Positions 1 through 13,979 of a stretch of 64,000 nucleotides of DNA are shown piece by piece. The notes under the pieces are model-generated. The model was given only the letters and a program-made list of their open reading frames with translations. It ran no database searches and was not told the origin of the DNA. Position numbers and translations under genes: made by a program. How positions within the stretch are numbered: position 1 is the stretch's first letter; every line of letters begins with the position of its first letter. Source of the DNA: Eledone cirrhosa (taxonomy: Eukaryota). The stretch lies in contig CAXHJY010000963.1 of NCBI GenBank assembly GCA_964016885.1, positions 1 to 64,000 of the forward strand, written 5' to 3'.

Positions 1-177
1 AGATGGTTAAAAGAGTTCCATGTATTTTATTATGCGCATTTCAAAAACAAATATCATCATGCAATAACATTTGCGTTTCGTCAGATAAATATCTGACGAA
101 AACGCAAATTTTATTGCATGATGATATTTGTTTTTGAAATGCGCATAATAAAATACATGGAACTCTTTTAACCATCT
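1..177. repeat. Long near-perfect inverted repeat (about 87-bp arms); each arm carries a hammerhead core; probably extends beyond the window start
   Basis: agatggttaaaagagttccatg...tcagata aa tatctga...catggaactcttttaaccatct. Confidence 0.95.
90..150 (+). ncRNA. Type I hammerhead ribozyme motif (family H); mirror copy on the minus strand at about 28-87
   Basis: tat CTGACGA(93-99) aaac...gtttt GAAA(136-139) tgcgca TA ata. Palindromic stem III A-UGCGCA-U; stem I is short. Confidence 0.75.
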
Positions 178-269
178 TTTGATCTTATATATTATGTATG
201 TATATATATATATATTAGATATATTAGATAAATTTCAGTCCGTCTTCAATGATAGTTTAGTTCCTTGTT

Positions 270-358
270 TTATATGTTATCAGAAATTGTTTTCATATCC
301 AGTGTCCGGGTCAGTTGTGGCGACATTGGGGTTGACAGTAGATTAAGGTTTACATGAA
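270..358 (-). CDS. Candidate terminal exon of an unidentified gene (VHVNLNLLSTPMSPQLTRTLDMKTISDNI*)
   Basis: Acceptor cttctattaccaacag; unique sequence; phase-1 frame open to stop; no recognised homology. Confidence 0.2.
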
Positions 359-832
359 CTGTTGGTAATAGAAGTAGAGAGAGGGGTGTGTGGAACGGGC
401 GGTATAGATAGTGTAGGGGTGAATGGGAGGGGGTATAGTGTAGGTGTGAGTAATGTGGGGGGAGTATTGTGTGGTGTGTGTGTGGGGTGGGTGGGTGGGT
501 GGGTGAAGTAATGTGTGTGAAGTGGGGGACTGGGGTGGTGGGATGCAGCACACTAAGTGTGTGTGGGAGTACTGTGTGTGTGTGTGTGTGTATGTGTGTG
601 GTGAAGAAGTGAAGAAGTGGTGTAGTGTAGTGTGGTGTGGTGAAGTGTGGTGTAGTGTGGTGTAGTGTGGTGAAGTGTGGTGTAGTGTGGTGTAGTGTGG
701 TGTAGTGTGGTGTAGTGAGGTGAGGTGAGGTGAGGTGAGGTGAGGTTGGGGTGGGGTGTGGTGTGGTGTGGTGTGGTGTGGTGTGGTGTGGTGTGGTGTG
801 GTGTGGTGTGTTAAGTCAAGTTAACTCCAGTG

Positions 833-876
833 CTGATAAAAGGTAAATTTGACCTCGGCCGGGATTTGAACTCAGA
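833..876 (-). mobile_element. Fragment of tRNA-derived SINE (Meta/MESC-like family)
   Basis: gacctcggccgggatttgaactcaga matches the full copies. Confidence 0.7.
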
Positions 877-1151
877 TAAAAACATTAGAGAGGGCACAGG
901 ACGATACAAAGTGGGTTTTGGTCGCGTAAAAAGGTTATAAAAGACAGAAACGTGTAAAATAAATTAAAATTCAAACAACAAAAATTCCCCAATAAGGGGG
1001 AAGCCTCCGAGGATCACTCATGGCGAAAACCACACAAAAGCCCACGGTCACCCTGATCAGTAAGGCAAGCGCCCTCTCTGTTTTCCCACTCCTCAGTCTC
1101 AGAGTGAGCCATATTCGCTACTTTCACCCACCTTTCAACAAACTTACTAGA

Positions 1152-1318
1152 ATAATAATTGTTTGTACTTTTGGCACAAGGCCAGCAATTACCCCAGTGT
1201 ATTATTGGTACTTTATTTTATCGACTCCGTAAGGACTAAAAGCAAAGCTAACCTCGGCGGGATTTGAACTCTAGTACGTAAAGGGCCATAAGTCCATGCC
1301 GCAAAGTATTTAGGACAA
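1152..1318 (-). mobile_element. tRNA-derived SINE, Meta/MESC-like octopus family (5'-degenerate)
   Basis: Reverse complement has gagttcaaatcccgccgagg (B box region) and gtcgataaaataaagtaccaat; homologous to 21531-21722. Confidence 0.9.
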
Positions 1319-1337
1319 CAGAGGCGGGTAAATTATC

Positions 1338-1620
1338 ATGGAGATTCAGTATGGCATAGTGTGTAGCCTTATATAACACTCAAGGAGATTCAATATGACT
1401 TACTGTGTAGCCTTATATAATACTCAGGGAGATTCAACATACATATTGTGTAGCTTTATATAATACTCGAAGATTTAGTATACATAGTGTGTGGTCTTAT
1501 ATAATACTCAGGGAGATTCAGCATGTCACAGTGTATAGCGTTATATAATTCTCAGGGAGATTCAGTTTAACACAGTAAATCACAAGGCTGGCCCCGTTTC
1601 TCAATCACAGATACAATCCA
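1338..1620 (+). repeat. About 44-bp degenerate tandem repeat (5-6 units), probably SINE-tail derived
   Basis: ggagattca...gtgtagccttatataatactca repeated, ending in cacaaggctggccc. Confidence 0.8.
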
Positions 1621-1731
1621 TTCGAGACGGGCTTCCATGTAGTCACTGTCTACCAAAGGCCAATTACAAGACAAGGAGCGACACGCCAAATGATCAGGAA
1701 ACAGAAGTTATGTAGAGACAATGTTACTTAC

Positions 1732-1812
1732 ATTGAAATGCTCGGGCACTTGACAGACCGGAAGTAGACTGGAGACATATCTTGCGCATGTCATCCGGGA
1801 TTGGCTGTCATT
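1732..1812 (-). CDS. Internal coding exon of an unidentified gene (NDSQSRMTCARYVSSLLPVCQVPEHFN)
   Basis: Strong acceptor tttttcctcttctcacag and consensus donor GTAAGT; 81 nt; only phase 0 is open. Confidence 0.65.
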
Positions 1813-1863
1813 CTGTGAGAAGAGGAAAAATAGAATATTGAAGAATCTGTTTGAGTCATGAGA

Positions 1864-2319
1864 ACACACACACACACACACATACACACATATATACACA
1901 CACATATATATATACATACACACACATATATATACACACACACATATATACACACACACACACATATATATACACACATACACACATACACACACACATA
2001 TACACACACACATATATATACATATATATATATATACACACACACATATATATATACATATATATATATATACACACACATATATACATATATATACACA
2101 CTCATATATACGCACACACACATATACACACATATATATATATATACATACACACACATATATACACACTCATATATACGCACACACACATATACACACG
2201 CATATATATATATATACATACACATATATATACACACATACACATATATATATACACACATACACACACACATATATACACACATATATATACACACACA
2301 TATATATACACATATATAT

Positions 2320-2362
<43 letters not shown>

Positions 2363-2371
2363 TATATATAT

Positions 2372-2436
<65 letters not shown>

Positions 2437-2499
2437 TATATATATACACACATATATGTACGCACACACATATATATATATATACATATATATACACAC

Positions 2500-2566
<67 letters not shown>

Positions 2567-3512
2567 TATATATATACACACACACATATATAACGAAGGA
2601 AGTGTGGTAAGGAATCAGGTGGACCATAACGCAGCAGAGTACTCAATACTTAGGGTACATACATATATATACACATATATGTGTATATATAACTTTACAT
2701 ATATGTATACACATATATGTGTATATGTGTATATGTGTATATATATGTGTATATATATATATATGTGTGTGTGTACGAATGGTGGTGATGTTGGTGGTGG
2801 TGATGGTGGTGGTGGTGGTGGCAGTGGCGGTGGTGATGGTGGCAGTGGTGGTGGTGGCGGCAGTGGTGGTGGTGGTGGTGGCAGTGGTGATGGTGGTGAT
2901 GGTGGTGGTGGTGGTGGTGGCAGTGGTGATGGTGGTGGTGGTGGCAGTGGTGATGGTGGTGATGGTGGCAGTGGTGATGGTGGTGGTGGTGGTGGTGGTA
3001 GTGGTGGCGGCGGCAGTAGCAGTAGTAGTAGTGGTGGTGGTGGTGGTGGCAGTAGCAGTAGTAGTGGTGGTGGTGGTGGTGGTGGCAGTAATAGTAGTGG
3101 TGGTGGTGGTGTGGTGGTTGTGGTGGTGGTGGTGGTGGCTGTAGTAGTAGTAGTGGTGGTAGTAGTGGTGGTAGTAGTGGTGGTAGTAGTGGTGCTATTT
3201 ACAGTAAAAGGTAAAATAGTGTGGTTAGTTGGTTGGTTGGATTGGGGGGTATATAGGTATATTGGGCTAAGTTAAACGGCAGTCTGAGATGTGGGGTGGG
3301 GCAGAGCTGGTGTGGGTAGCTAGGGTGGGAGAGTAGGTAGCTAGGGTGGGCAAGGGGTAGCTAGGGTGGGCAAGGGGTAGCTAGGCCAGATACTCATGGG
3401 GGTGATTTGTGAGTTACGAGGCTGCTTTGTTTGAGCGTGAGTTATTGGTGGGGAGTGATGGCTAAACACTGGCTGAGGGGACCTGTCGGGGGTATATATA
3501 GAGACGAGGGTG

Positions 3513-3544
<32 letters not shown>

Positions 3545-3930
3545 ATATACACACACATATATATACATATATATATATATATTATACACACCCACACATC
3601 TATATACATATATATATACACATACACACACAGCTATATACATATACATCTATATACATATATATATATATACACATACATCTATATACATATATACACA
3701 TACATCTATATACATACATCTATATACATATATATATACACATACATCTATATACATATATATATACACATACATCTATATATATACACACATACATCTA
3801 TATACATATATATATACACACACATACATCTATATACATATATATATACACACACATCTATATACATATATATATATATACACACACATCTATATACATA
3901 TATACACATACATATATATACACATACATG

Positions 3931-3964
<34 letters not shown>

Positions 3965-3974
3965 CACATACATG

Positions 3975-4008
<34 letters not shown>

Positions 4009-4011
4009 CAC

Positions 4012-4042
<31 letters not shown>

Positions 4043-4110
4043 CACATACATATGTACACACACATATATATACATATATATACACACACATATATATACA
4101 TATATATACA
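1864..4110. repeat. Compound microsatellites (CA/TA)n, (GGT)n and (TACA)n
   Basis: Seen directly; source of the spurious ORFs here. Confidence 0.95.
2593..2657 (+). mobile_element. Short dispersed repeat (family F); copies at 27112-27180 (+) and 32461-32540 (-), all flanked by (TA)n
   Basis: gtgtggtaaggaatcaggtggaccataacgcagcagagtactcaatacttag shared among copies. Confidence 0.75.
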
Positions 4111-4501
4111 CCTGTTGAGGGAGAGTAATACTAAAATATCTAAGACATCCTAACCCTAGCCACATGAAAGAGAGAAGAAAATTAATAAACGCAACTGCCT
4201 GCCCCACCCACACCCCGGGGCCTCTACCCCCACCCTCGGGACCTCTAGCCTTACCCACTCTCTCGGCGTTTTTGACCATCAGTCAATCATTCTGCCCCGG
4301 CATTTAGTTCCGCCCACATTAATCTCCTGACCGTCCCATCACCACCACCATCATCACCATCACCATCACCACCACCATCACCACCATCACCATCACCATC
4401 ACCATCACCACCACCATCACCATCATCTATGACCATAGGAACGAAACCCAAATCCTCATTTATGTATTTGCACTTTCTTAATATAGAAACTAATCATTGC
4501 A

Positions 4502-4553
<52 letters not shown>

Positions 4554-4557
4554 AGTT

Positions 4558-4680
4558 TATCCCGGGTTCAATCGGGGGTAACCACAGTAAGGTACTCAAT
4601 ATATAGCAGAGTTTAAATATTTAATATAGAAATGGCTTCTACAGAACTAGAACTATTTCATTCGGGAGAAATCATTAGGA
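4558..4680 (-). mobile_element. HHR family A module, degenerate core (CUAAUGA)
   Basis: Reverse complement ttc ctaatga tttc tccc gaat gaaa tag ttctagtt ctg ta gaa, plus tail homologous to 9300-9380. Confidence 0.75.
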
Positions 4681-4889
4681 ATATATATATATATATATAT
4701 ATATATAGATAATTTAATATATCAACTAACATAGGCGCACAGATGTACGTCCATGCCAGCAAATACACAGGTTATGTCATAGTACCTAGGTGGTTCAATG
4801 CAGGAGGGTGCAGAACAATAATATAAAAGACGTAAAATAAGAAAATATCTTTTAAAAAAATTTTTTTTTAAAAATTTTTTACTTACTTA

Positions 4890-4925
<36 letters not shown>

Positions 4926-4929
4926 TATA

Positions 4930-5200
4930 TATATTGTTATACTTGGGGAGGGTCATATTGTTGTAATAATATTGCCAGAAATAATAACAGAACACACTCA
5001 GTTTGATTGGTTTTCACTTCTGTATCTTTATATCTCCATAGTTAATTTATTTGGCAATCAATGTTTATCGTTGATTGACCAGCGGTGAAAATTACAGATA
5101 TAAATATATATATATATATATAGTCTAACAAACTTCTTTCGTTGCACATCTGTGGCACCATCAGTGGTACTATTATGTTTCCTCCTATTGCGTTGTATTG
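4930..5200 (-). mobile_element. HHR family B module, degenerate core (CUGAUGG)
   Basis: Homologous to 8342-8613 and 26850-27092. Confidence 0.8.
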
Positions 5201-5532
5201 TATGTTCACGCCATTTTTATTTATATACATATATGTAGCTTTGAATAATGGAAAAATAAGACAAGGTGTTGTAAGTGAGTTATTCGACGCAAGCATGGAA
5301 TAACTTACTGTTAAGTCATCGTGATGATGGTTGTGGTGGTGATGATGATAATGATGATGATGATGGTGATGTTAATGGTAGTGAAGATATATATATATAT
5401 ATATATATAAACACAACCGTGAAACAGTCCTATCCCCTGTCAATATTAAGGACTTCTTCCGTAATATTGACCCGGAACAAGAGAGGAAAATGAAACCCAG
5501 TCTCTCTTCTATTGAAAAAATTTCCCCCTCCA

Positions 5533-5632
<100 letters not shown>

Positions 5633-6070
5633 CATATATATATACATATATATATATATATACATACATATATATATATGTATGTTTGTATTTCTTCTAT
5701 CTATTATAATTTCTTTTTCCTTCTTTCTCTCTCCCGTCTCTCTCCTATCTATCGTAATTTCTCTCTCTTCTTCTCATCTTCCCCCTTTCTCTCTCCTGTC
5801 TATCATCATTTCCCTTCCTATAAACAACAACAACAGTAACAATACCACCACCACCACCAACACCACCCCCACCACCTATATAAAAAAAACCCGCCATATT
5901 CCAGGAGGTCTGCTGCCGGAACTCTCAAGTTTAATAAGTTAAAAATAAAACAACTTTATTCCAGATTCCAGCGAAATAAAAGTCAGAGTCACGGGATATG
6001 AAATTTATGGAACTTTAGAAATGTGGAAATGTTAAGAGTTAACCTATATTGACAGATATTTAACATACTG

Positions 6071-6101
<31 letters not shown>

Positions 6102-6210
6102 CATATATATATATACATATATATATACATATATATACACATATATATACATATATATATACATATATATATACATATATATATACATATATATATACAT
6201 ATATATATAC

Positions 6211-6269
<59 letters not shown>

Positions 6270-6429
6270 CATATACACATATATATATAAATATATATAT
6301 AAAAACAAACATAAATGATCGAGAATCGCATTTTGGCCCACGAAATAACGAAAAACAACCTCCGAGATGTGTGGCAAGTGCTCAATGATTTAGATGAACC
6401 AGACCTATAACAAACGTTAAAGGCCAAAC

Positions 6430-6473
<44 letters not shown>

Positions 6474-6478
6474 CATAC

Positions 6479-6517
<39 letters not shown>

Positions 6518-6832
6518 CGTATATATGTATATTAGATATTAATTTAACAATGAAAACAATAAAGTCGAGTAATTTTACCTATATATATATATATATATAT
6601 ATATATGGTTTATCTATATATGTATATATATGTGGTACATATATATATATATGTATGTATGTATATATATGTATATATGTATGTATATATATATATGTAT
6701 ATATGCATATATATTTATGTATATATGCATATATATATATGTATATATGCATATATATATAATATATATATATAGAATGGAAAACGAAAAATCAGCGAAG
6801 CATCGGAACACAATTTAATCCGAAATCACTAG

Positions 6833-6925
6833 ACGTGTCTGAGGAACTTGCGAATCCAGAGTCAGGTTCGAACCACGAACAGATCGCACCTCGATCTGTT
6901 CGCCGGAGAAACAATTGTAATACGT
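6833..6925 (+). ncRNA. Type I hammerhead ribozyme (family C) with 62-nt stem II domain
   Basis: acgtgt CTGAGGA [6846-6907] GAAA caattg TA atacgt. Stem I 6 bp; palindromic stem III ACAAUUGU; internal hairpin cgaacagatcg/cgatctgttcg. Confidence 0.85.
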
Positions 6926-7047
6926 TAATAAAGAGAGAGAGGGGGGACAGCGAGAGGGGGAGAAGCGAGAGAAAGATAGAAAGAGAGAGATAGATAGATA
7001 GAAAGAGAGAGAGAGAGAGAGAAAGATAGAAAGAGAGAGAGATAGAT

Positions 7048-7114
<67 letters not shown>

Positions 7115-7156
7115 TAGAGAGAGAAATATATATAATATATGTGTGTGCGTGCATCT

Positions 7157-7269
<113 letters not shown>

Positions 7270-7273
7270 AGAT

Positions 7274-7307
<34 letters not shown>

Positions 7308-7330
7308 GAGAGAGACAGCGAGAGACAGCG

Positions 7331-7361
<31 letters not shown>

Positions 7362-7444
7362 TGAAGAGAGAGAGAGAGAGAGGTAGATAGATAGATAGAG
7401 AGAGAGAGAGAGATAGAGATTAGTGTCAGAATGTATCCCAATAC

Positions 7445-7565
7445 ATGACTGGTACCTTACTTTATTCAATCACTGTCTGTATGATGAGATTTGATCTCCA
7501 ATATAAATAGCCACAGCCGATACAGATACCACAATGGCATTCTTGCCTGACGCTCTACCGATTCT
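7445..7565 (-). mobile_element. Degenerate SINE (Meta-like family)
   Basis: ctggtaccttactttatt...gagatttga...gacgctctaccgattct. Confidence 0.55.
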
Positions 7566-7971
7566 CTCAACATATATTATGACATTCCCAACATACCTAT
7601 AGTTTATTGATAGGAAAAAAACTGAAATTCGTTAATTGTACTGAGTGACCTTTTCCTTCCTAATATAGTACTGGATATAGAGTTCTTTCCCCCGTCACCA
7701 CCACCAACATCATCATCACCACTATCCAGACAATCATCATCACAAACGTATACACACACACACACACATACACATACATATATATACATATATACATATA
7801 TATATATATACATATACACATATATATACACATATATATATACATATATATATACATATATATATACACATATATACATATATATATACACATATATATA
7901 CATATACATATATATACATATATATATACACATATATATATACACATATATATACATATACATATATATAC

Positions 7972-8002
<31 letters not shown>

Positions 8003-8069
8003 CATATATATACATATATATATATACATATATACATATATACATATATATACATACATATACATATAC

Positions 8070-8100
<31 letters not shown>

Positions 8101-8127
8101 CACATATATACACATACACATATATAC

Positions 8128-8160
<33 letters not shown>

Positions 8161-8165
8161 TACAC

Positions 8166-8198
<33 letters not shown>

Positions 8199-8213
8199 TA
8201 CACATATATACAT

Positions 8214-8613
8214 ATACAGATACAATATAGACACAAACACATATATATAGTTTATCAAAGTTCTTTCGTTGCACATCTGCAGCATCGTCAGTGGTGCTAT
8301 TGTTTCCTCCCGTTACATTGTAGAAAAGATGGCGTAGAAAATACAATGTAACAGGAGGAAACAATAGCACCACTGACGATGTTGCAGATGTGCAACGAAA
8401 GAACTTTGATAAACTATATATATGTGTTTGTGTCTATATTGTATCTGTATTATTTTTGACCGTTGGTCAGTCAATGGCAACATTGAGGACCGAATAAATT
8501 AGATTAACCGATACAAAAGACACAGAAGCGAAAACCAACCAAGCAGTGAGTGTGTTCTGTTATTAATTCTGGCAATATTACACAAATATGACCCCTCCCC
8601 AAGTATAACAACA
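8214..8613 (+). mobile_element. HHR family B module with inverted partial copy (arms 8214-8322 and 8342-8450)
   Basis: 109-bp arms with 19-nt spacer; tail ends in gacccctccccaagtataacaa. Confidence 0.9.
8369..8410 (+). ncRNA. Hammerhead ribozyme motif (family B); mirror copy on the minus strand at about 8254-8294
   Basis: CTGACGA t gttgca gatg tgcaac GAAA gaac TT tga. Perfect 6-bp stem II; weak stem I. Confidence 0.7.
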
Positions 8614-9054
8614 TATACATATACATACATACATATATATATGTATATATATATGTATACATATATGTATACATATATATATGTATACATATATATATGT
8701 ATACATATATGTATACATATATATATGTATACATATATATATACATATATATATGTATATATATATGTATACATATATATATACATATATATATACATAT
8801 ACATATATACATAGATATATACATATATATATACATATACATATATACATAGATATATACATATATATATATATATATGTATACATATATATATACATAG
8901 ATATATACATATATATATATATATACATACATATATATATACATACATATATATATATATATATACATACATATATATATACATACATATATATATATAT
9001 ATATACATACATATATATATATATATATATACATACATATATATATATATATAT

Positions 9055-9117
<63 letters not shown>

Positions 9118-9136
9118 CATACATATATATATATAT

Positions 9137-9173
<37 letters not shown>

Positions 9174-9177
<4 letters not shown>

Positions 9178-9383
9178 TGAGATTCTACAGGACTAGAACT
9201 GTTTCATTCATTAGAAATCATCATTAGAAATCATCATTAGAAATCATCATGATTCCTGATGATTTCTAATGAATGAAACAGTTCTAGTCCTGTAGAATCT
9301 CATCTATATTAAAACTGTTATACTCTGCTATGTATTGAGTACCTTACTTACTGTGGTTACCTCCGATTCAACCCGGAATAACG
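9174..9383 (+). mobile_element. HHR family A module with inverted partial copy (9174-9225 versus 9257-9308)
   Basis: Inverted arms, with a triplicated ttagaaatcatca at the junction. Confidence 0.85.
9251..9299 (+). ncRNA. Type I hammerhead ribozyme (family A), predicted cleavage after GUA at 9294
   Basis: gattc CTGATGA tttc taat gaat GAAA cag ttctagtc ctg TA gaatc. Stem I 5 bp, stem III 4 bp, stem II 3 bp plus a U-U pair. Confidence 0.85.
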
Positions 9384-9487
9384 TACATAAATATATATAT
9401 ATATATACATACATATATATATACATACATATATACATACATATATATATACATACATACATACATATACATACATACACATACATA

Positions 9488-9581
<94 letters not shown>

Positions 9582-9599
9582 CATATATATATATACATA

Positions 9600-9665
<66 letters not shown>

Positions 9666-9736
9666 CATATATATACATACATATATATACATATATATAC
9701 ATACATACATATATATACATACATATACATACATAC

Positions 9737-11620
9737 CTCCAAAACAACATAATGTCCCTCATCAACAATCAGAGAAGAGCTGAAGAGGCCTGGGCCATTG
9801 AGAAGATCAAACTCAATCCCAAAGTGTTCTTTTCATTTGCAAAAAAACACAAAATCACTGGCTCTACTGTTGGCCCTCTAATTGATGAAAATGGCACTCT
9901 TCAAGACAATGCTAAAACCATGGGTGAGATACTGCAGAAACAATACTGCTCTGTTTTCAGCAATCCTGATATGGCCGATCTGGGCTGTATCGGCGATGTT
10001 ACTCCCCATTACACCTTATCGGACATAACGTTTGGCGCCCCTGATGTCTTGGCGGCAATAAAGGAAATCAAGCATAATTCAGCAGTAGGTCCCGATAGGT
10101 TCCCTGCTTGTGTCTTGAAGGCGTGTCAACACCAACTTGCTTCTCCTCTTGCCAATCTGTGGCGGAACTCACTGGATGCTGGATATGTGCCAGAAAACCT
10201 TCTATCCCAGTCTGTTGTCCCAGTTTTCAAAAAGGGAAACAAATCCCTTGCCGTGAATTACCGTCCAATCTCACTCACCTCTCATATCATTAAGGTATTT
10301 GAGCGAGTGGTGAGATCGCGAATGACCCACTTCCTTGAGAGTAACAATATGCTGAACTCCAACCAGCATGGATTCCGTAATGGAAGGGATTGCCTGACGC
10401 AACTACTGCATCACTTTGATGACATTTTGAGAGCCTTGGGAGAGGGTTCCAACACTGATGTTATCTACCTTGATTTCAGCAAGGCCTTTGACAGGGTTGA
10501 TCATAACATTCTACTGAGAAAGCTGTCCAATATTGGTGTCACTGGAAAGCTGCTGCAGTGGATCAAGAGCTTCCTGTCAAACAGAACCCAACATGTTGTA
10601 GTTGAGGGAGTCAAATCAAGCCCAGCCAAAGTCAGTAGTGGAGTCCCACAAGGCACTGTGTTGGGCCCACTTCTCTTCATCATCTATATTAATGACATCA
10701 CTGACATCATCAAACACAGCAACATTAAAATTTTCGCTGATGATTCCAAGCTCCAAAAGGTCATCAATGGCGTGGATGACCGGATAAGCCTTCAGTCAGA
10801 CCTACTGGCTGTTACCCAATGGGCAGAAAAGAACAACATGTTACTGAACGAAGACAAATTCGAACTGATCCACTTTGGAAAAGAGGATGCTCTGAAACTC
10901 CCGTACTCCCTTCCCTCCGGGGAAACTCTCGTGGCATCTAACAACATCAGAGACTTGGGAGTAACCGTGGACAGCAACATAAGCTGGACCACGCATATAA
11001 GCAGCAAAGTTGACATGGCCCGCAGAATGTGTTCCTGGATCCTCAGAACCTTCCAGTCGAGAGATTCCCGCACCATTATCCTTCTCTTCTCTACTTTCGC
11101 CCGACCACACCTTGAATACTGTTGTCCACTGTGGTCTCCCCACACGAAACAAAGTATCATGAAACTTGAAGCTCCTCAAAGGGCAATCACGAAAAAGATA
11201 GATGGCATGTCAGACCTTGACTACTGGGGTCGATTGGAAAACCTGAAACTTTACTCACTCCAACGTCGCCGTGAGCGTTATATTATCTGCATGATGTGGA
11301 AAATGTTCCATCATCACTGCCCAAATGATGTTGGCATCGCCTTCAAGATACACCCAAGGCTTGGGCCCCGTGCTATCCGTCCCATTCAAAAATCTAAATC
11401 GCAACTCATAACAACAATACGGCACAATTATTTCACCTCAATCGGCCCTGCTCTCTTCAACATCACACCAGGACACGTCAAAACAGAAACTGACCACACA
11501 AAATTCAAGAAGTCTTTGGACAAATTCCTCCAAGTAATCCCGGACAAACCACCCACACCCGGATATGTCTCCGCAAACAGTAATTCTCTTCTCGAATGGG
11601 CCATGGTGCCCAAATCCTGA
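9737..11620 (+). CDS. LINE ORF2 reverse transcriptase, CR1-group; 5'-truncated (no endonuclease domain); 627 uninterrupted codons
   Basis: Motifs [74 protein letters not shown]. The upstream part of the track ORF is microsatellite. Confidence 0.95.
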   Translation, partial: LQNNIMSLINNQRRAEEAWAIEKIKLNPKVFFSFAKKHKITGSTVGPLIDENGTLQDNAKTMGEILQKQYCSVFSNPDMADLGCIGDVTPHYTLSDITFGAPDVLAAIKEIKHNSAVGPDRFPACVLKACQHQLASPLANLWRNSLDAGYVPENLLSQSVVPVFKKGNKSLAVNYRPISLTSHIIKVFERVVRSRMTHFLESNNMLNSNQHGFRNGRDCLTQLLHHFDDILRALGEGSNTDVIYLDFSKAFDRVDHNILLRKLSNIGVTGKLLQWIKSFLSNRTQHVVVEGVKSSPAKVSSGVPQGTVLGPLLFIIYINDITDIIKHSNIKIFADDSKLQKVINGVDDRISLQSDLLAVTQWAEKNNMLLNEDKFELIHFGKEDALKLPYSLPSGETLVASNNIRDLGVTVDSNISWTTHISSKVDMARRMCSWILRTFQSRDSRTIILLFSTFARPHLEYCCPLWSPHTKQSIMKLEAPQRAITKKIDGMSDLDYWGRLENLKLYSLQRRRERYIICMMWKMFHHHCPNDVGIAFKIHPRLGPRAIRPIQKSKSQLITTIRHNYFTSIGPALFNITPGHVKTETDHTKFKKSLDKFLQVIPDKPPTPGYVSANSNSLLEWAMVPKS

Positions 11621-11708
11621 ATTGAAAGACTTCGCCAGGTGGTGCTATTAAGTTAGACATGGCCTGGGCCAATACTGGCCAAAACATTTCAAAGTTATTC
11701 AAAGTTAC
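9737..11708 (+). mobile_element. Young CR1-group LINE insertion within (TA/TACA)n
   Basis: ORF2, then a short 3' UTR with ggcca-atac-tggcc hairpin and a (ttcaaagtta)x2 tail. Confidence 0.9.
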
Positions 11709-11792
11709 ATATATATACATATATATACATACATATATATATATATATATACATACATATACATACATACATACATATACATACATACATAC

Positions 11793-11828
<36 letters not shown>

Positions 11829-11933
11829 ATATATATACATACATACATATATATATATACATACATACATATATATATATACATACATACATACATATAT
11901 ATACATACATACATACATACATATACATACATA

Positions 11934-11965
<32 letters not shown>

Positions 11966-12120
11966 CATATATATATATACATACATACATACATACATAT
12001 ATATATATACATACATACATATATATATATACATACATACATATATATATATACATACATATATATATATATATACATACATATATATATATACATACAT
12101 ATATATATATATATACATAC

Positions 12121-12151
<31 letters not shown>

Positions 12152-12273
12152 CATACATATATATATATATATACATACATATATATATATACATACATAT
12201 ATATATACATACATATATATATATATACATACATATATATATATATACATACATATATATATATACATACATA

Positions 12274-12314
<41 letters not shown>

Positions 12315-12469
12315 ATACATACATATATATATATACATATACATACATATACATATACATACATATACATATACATACATATATATATATATACATACAT
12401 ATACATACATACATACACATACATACATATACATACATATACATATATATATATACATATACATATACA

Positions 12470-12507
<38 letters not shown>

Positions 12508-12663
12508 CATACATATATATATATACATACATACATATATATATACATACATACATATATATATACATACATACATACATATATATACATACATACATAC
12601 ATATATATATATACATACATACATACATATATATACATACATACATATATATATACATACATA

Positions 12664-12695
<32 letters not shown>

Positions 12696-12744
12696 CATAC
12701 ATACATATATATATACATACATACATATATATATACATACATAC

Positions 12745-12815
<71 letters not shown>

Positions 12816-12832
12816 CATACATATATATATAT

Positions 12833-12877
<45 letters not shown>

Positions 12878-13069
12878 CATACATATATATATACATACAC
12901 ACATATATATATACATACATATGTATACATTACTATAACCAACTCATATTTCACATTCTACAAGGAAATTCTTCCGTAGTTGTATATTTTCAACATACGT
13001 ACATATCAAGCACGTATGTATAACATCTGTGTATGTGTATATATATGTGTGTGTGTATATATATATATA

Positions 13070-13114
<45 letters not shown>

Positions 13115-13133
13115 ATATATATATATATATATA

Positions 13134-13174
<41 letters not shown>

Positions 13175-13265
13175 ATATATATATATATATAAGTGTGTGT
13201 ATATATATATATATATGTGTGTGTGTATATATATATATATATATGTGTGTGTGTATATATATATA

Positions 13266-13364
<99 letters not shown>

Positions 13365-13508
13365 GTGTGTATATATAGGAAGACGAAAGGAGCCGATCCT
13401 GTGGTCCAACCGAGGAAACAGTAATTCCATTGATAATAGTGAGAACCGGCTGGAAATCCCCGAAGAGGGGTCAAAGTGATATATGTATATATATATATGT
13501 ATACACAC

Positions 13509-13587
<79 letters not shown>

Positions 13588-13644
13588 TATATATATATAT
13601 ACACACACATATATATATATATACACACACATGTATATATATAT

Positions 13645-13717
<73 letters not shown>

Positions 13718-13796
13718 TATATGTATATATGTGTGTGAATGGGCGCGTGTGTCTGTGTGAGGGCGGAAGGAGTATTTATGAATGAAAATATTAAAC

Positions 13797-13934
13797 ACAG
13801 ACAGACAGGCAGAGAGAGACAGAGAGACAGACAGACAGAGAGAGACAGACAGAGAGACAGACAGACAGACAGAGAGACAGACAGACAGACAGAGAGACAG
13901 ACAGAGAGAGAGACAGACAGAGAGAGAGACAGAC

Positions 13935-13979
<45 letters not shown>

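Noticed and set aside
2780-3195. Gly-rich protein (also 50009-50422)
   Set aside because: (GGT)n microsatellite variants flanked by other simple repeats; no splice or start support.
6314-6410. Short [34 protein letters not shown]
   Set aside because: 31 codons, isolated, no recognised homology or splice context.
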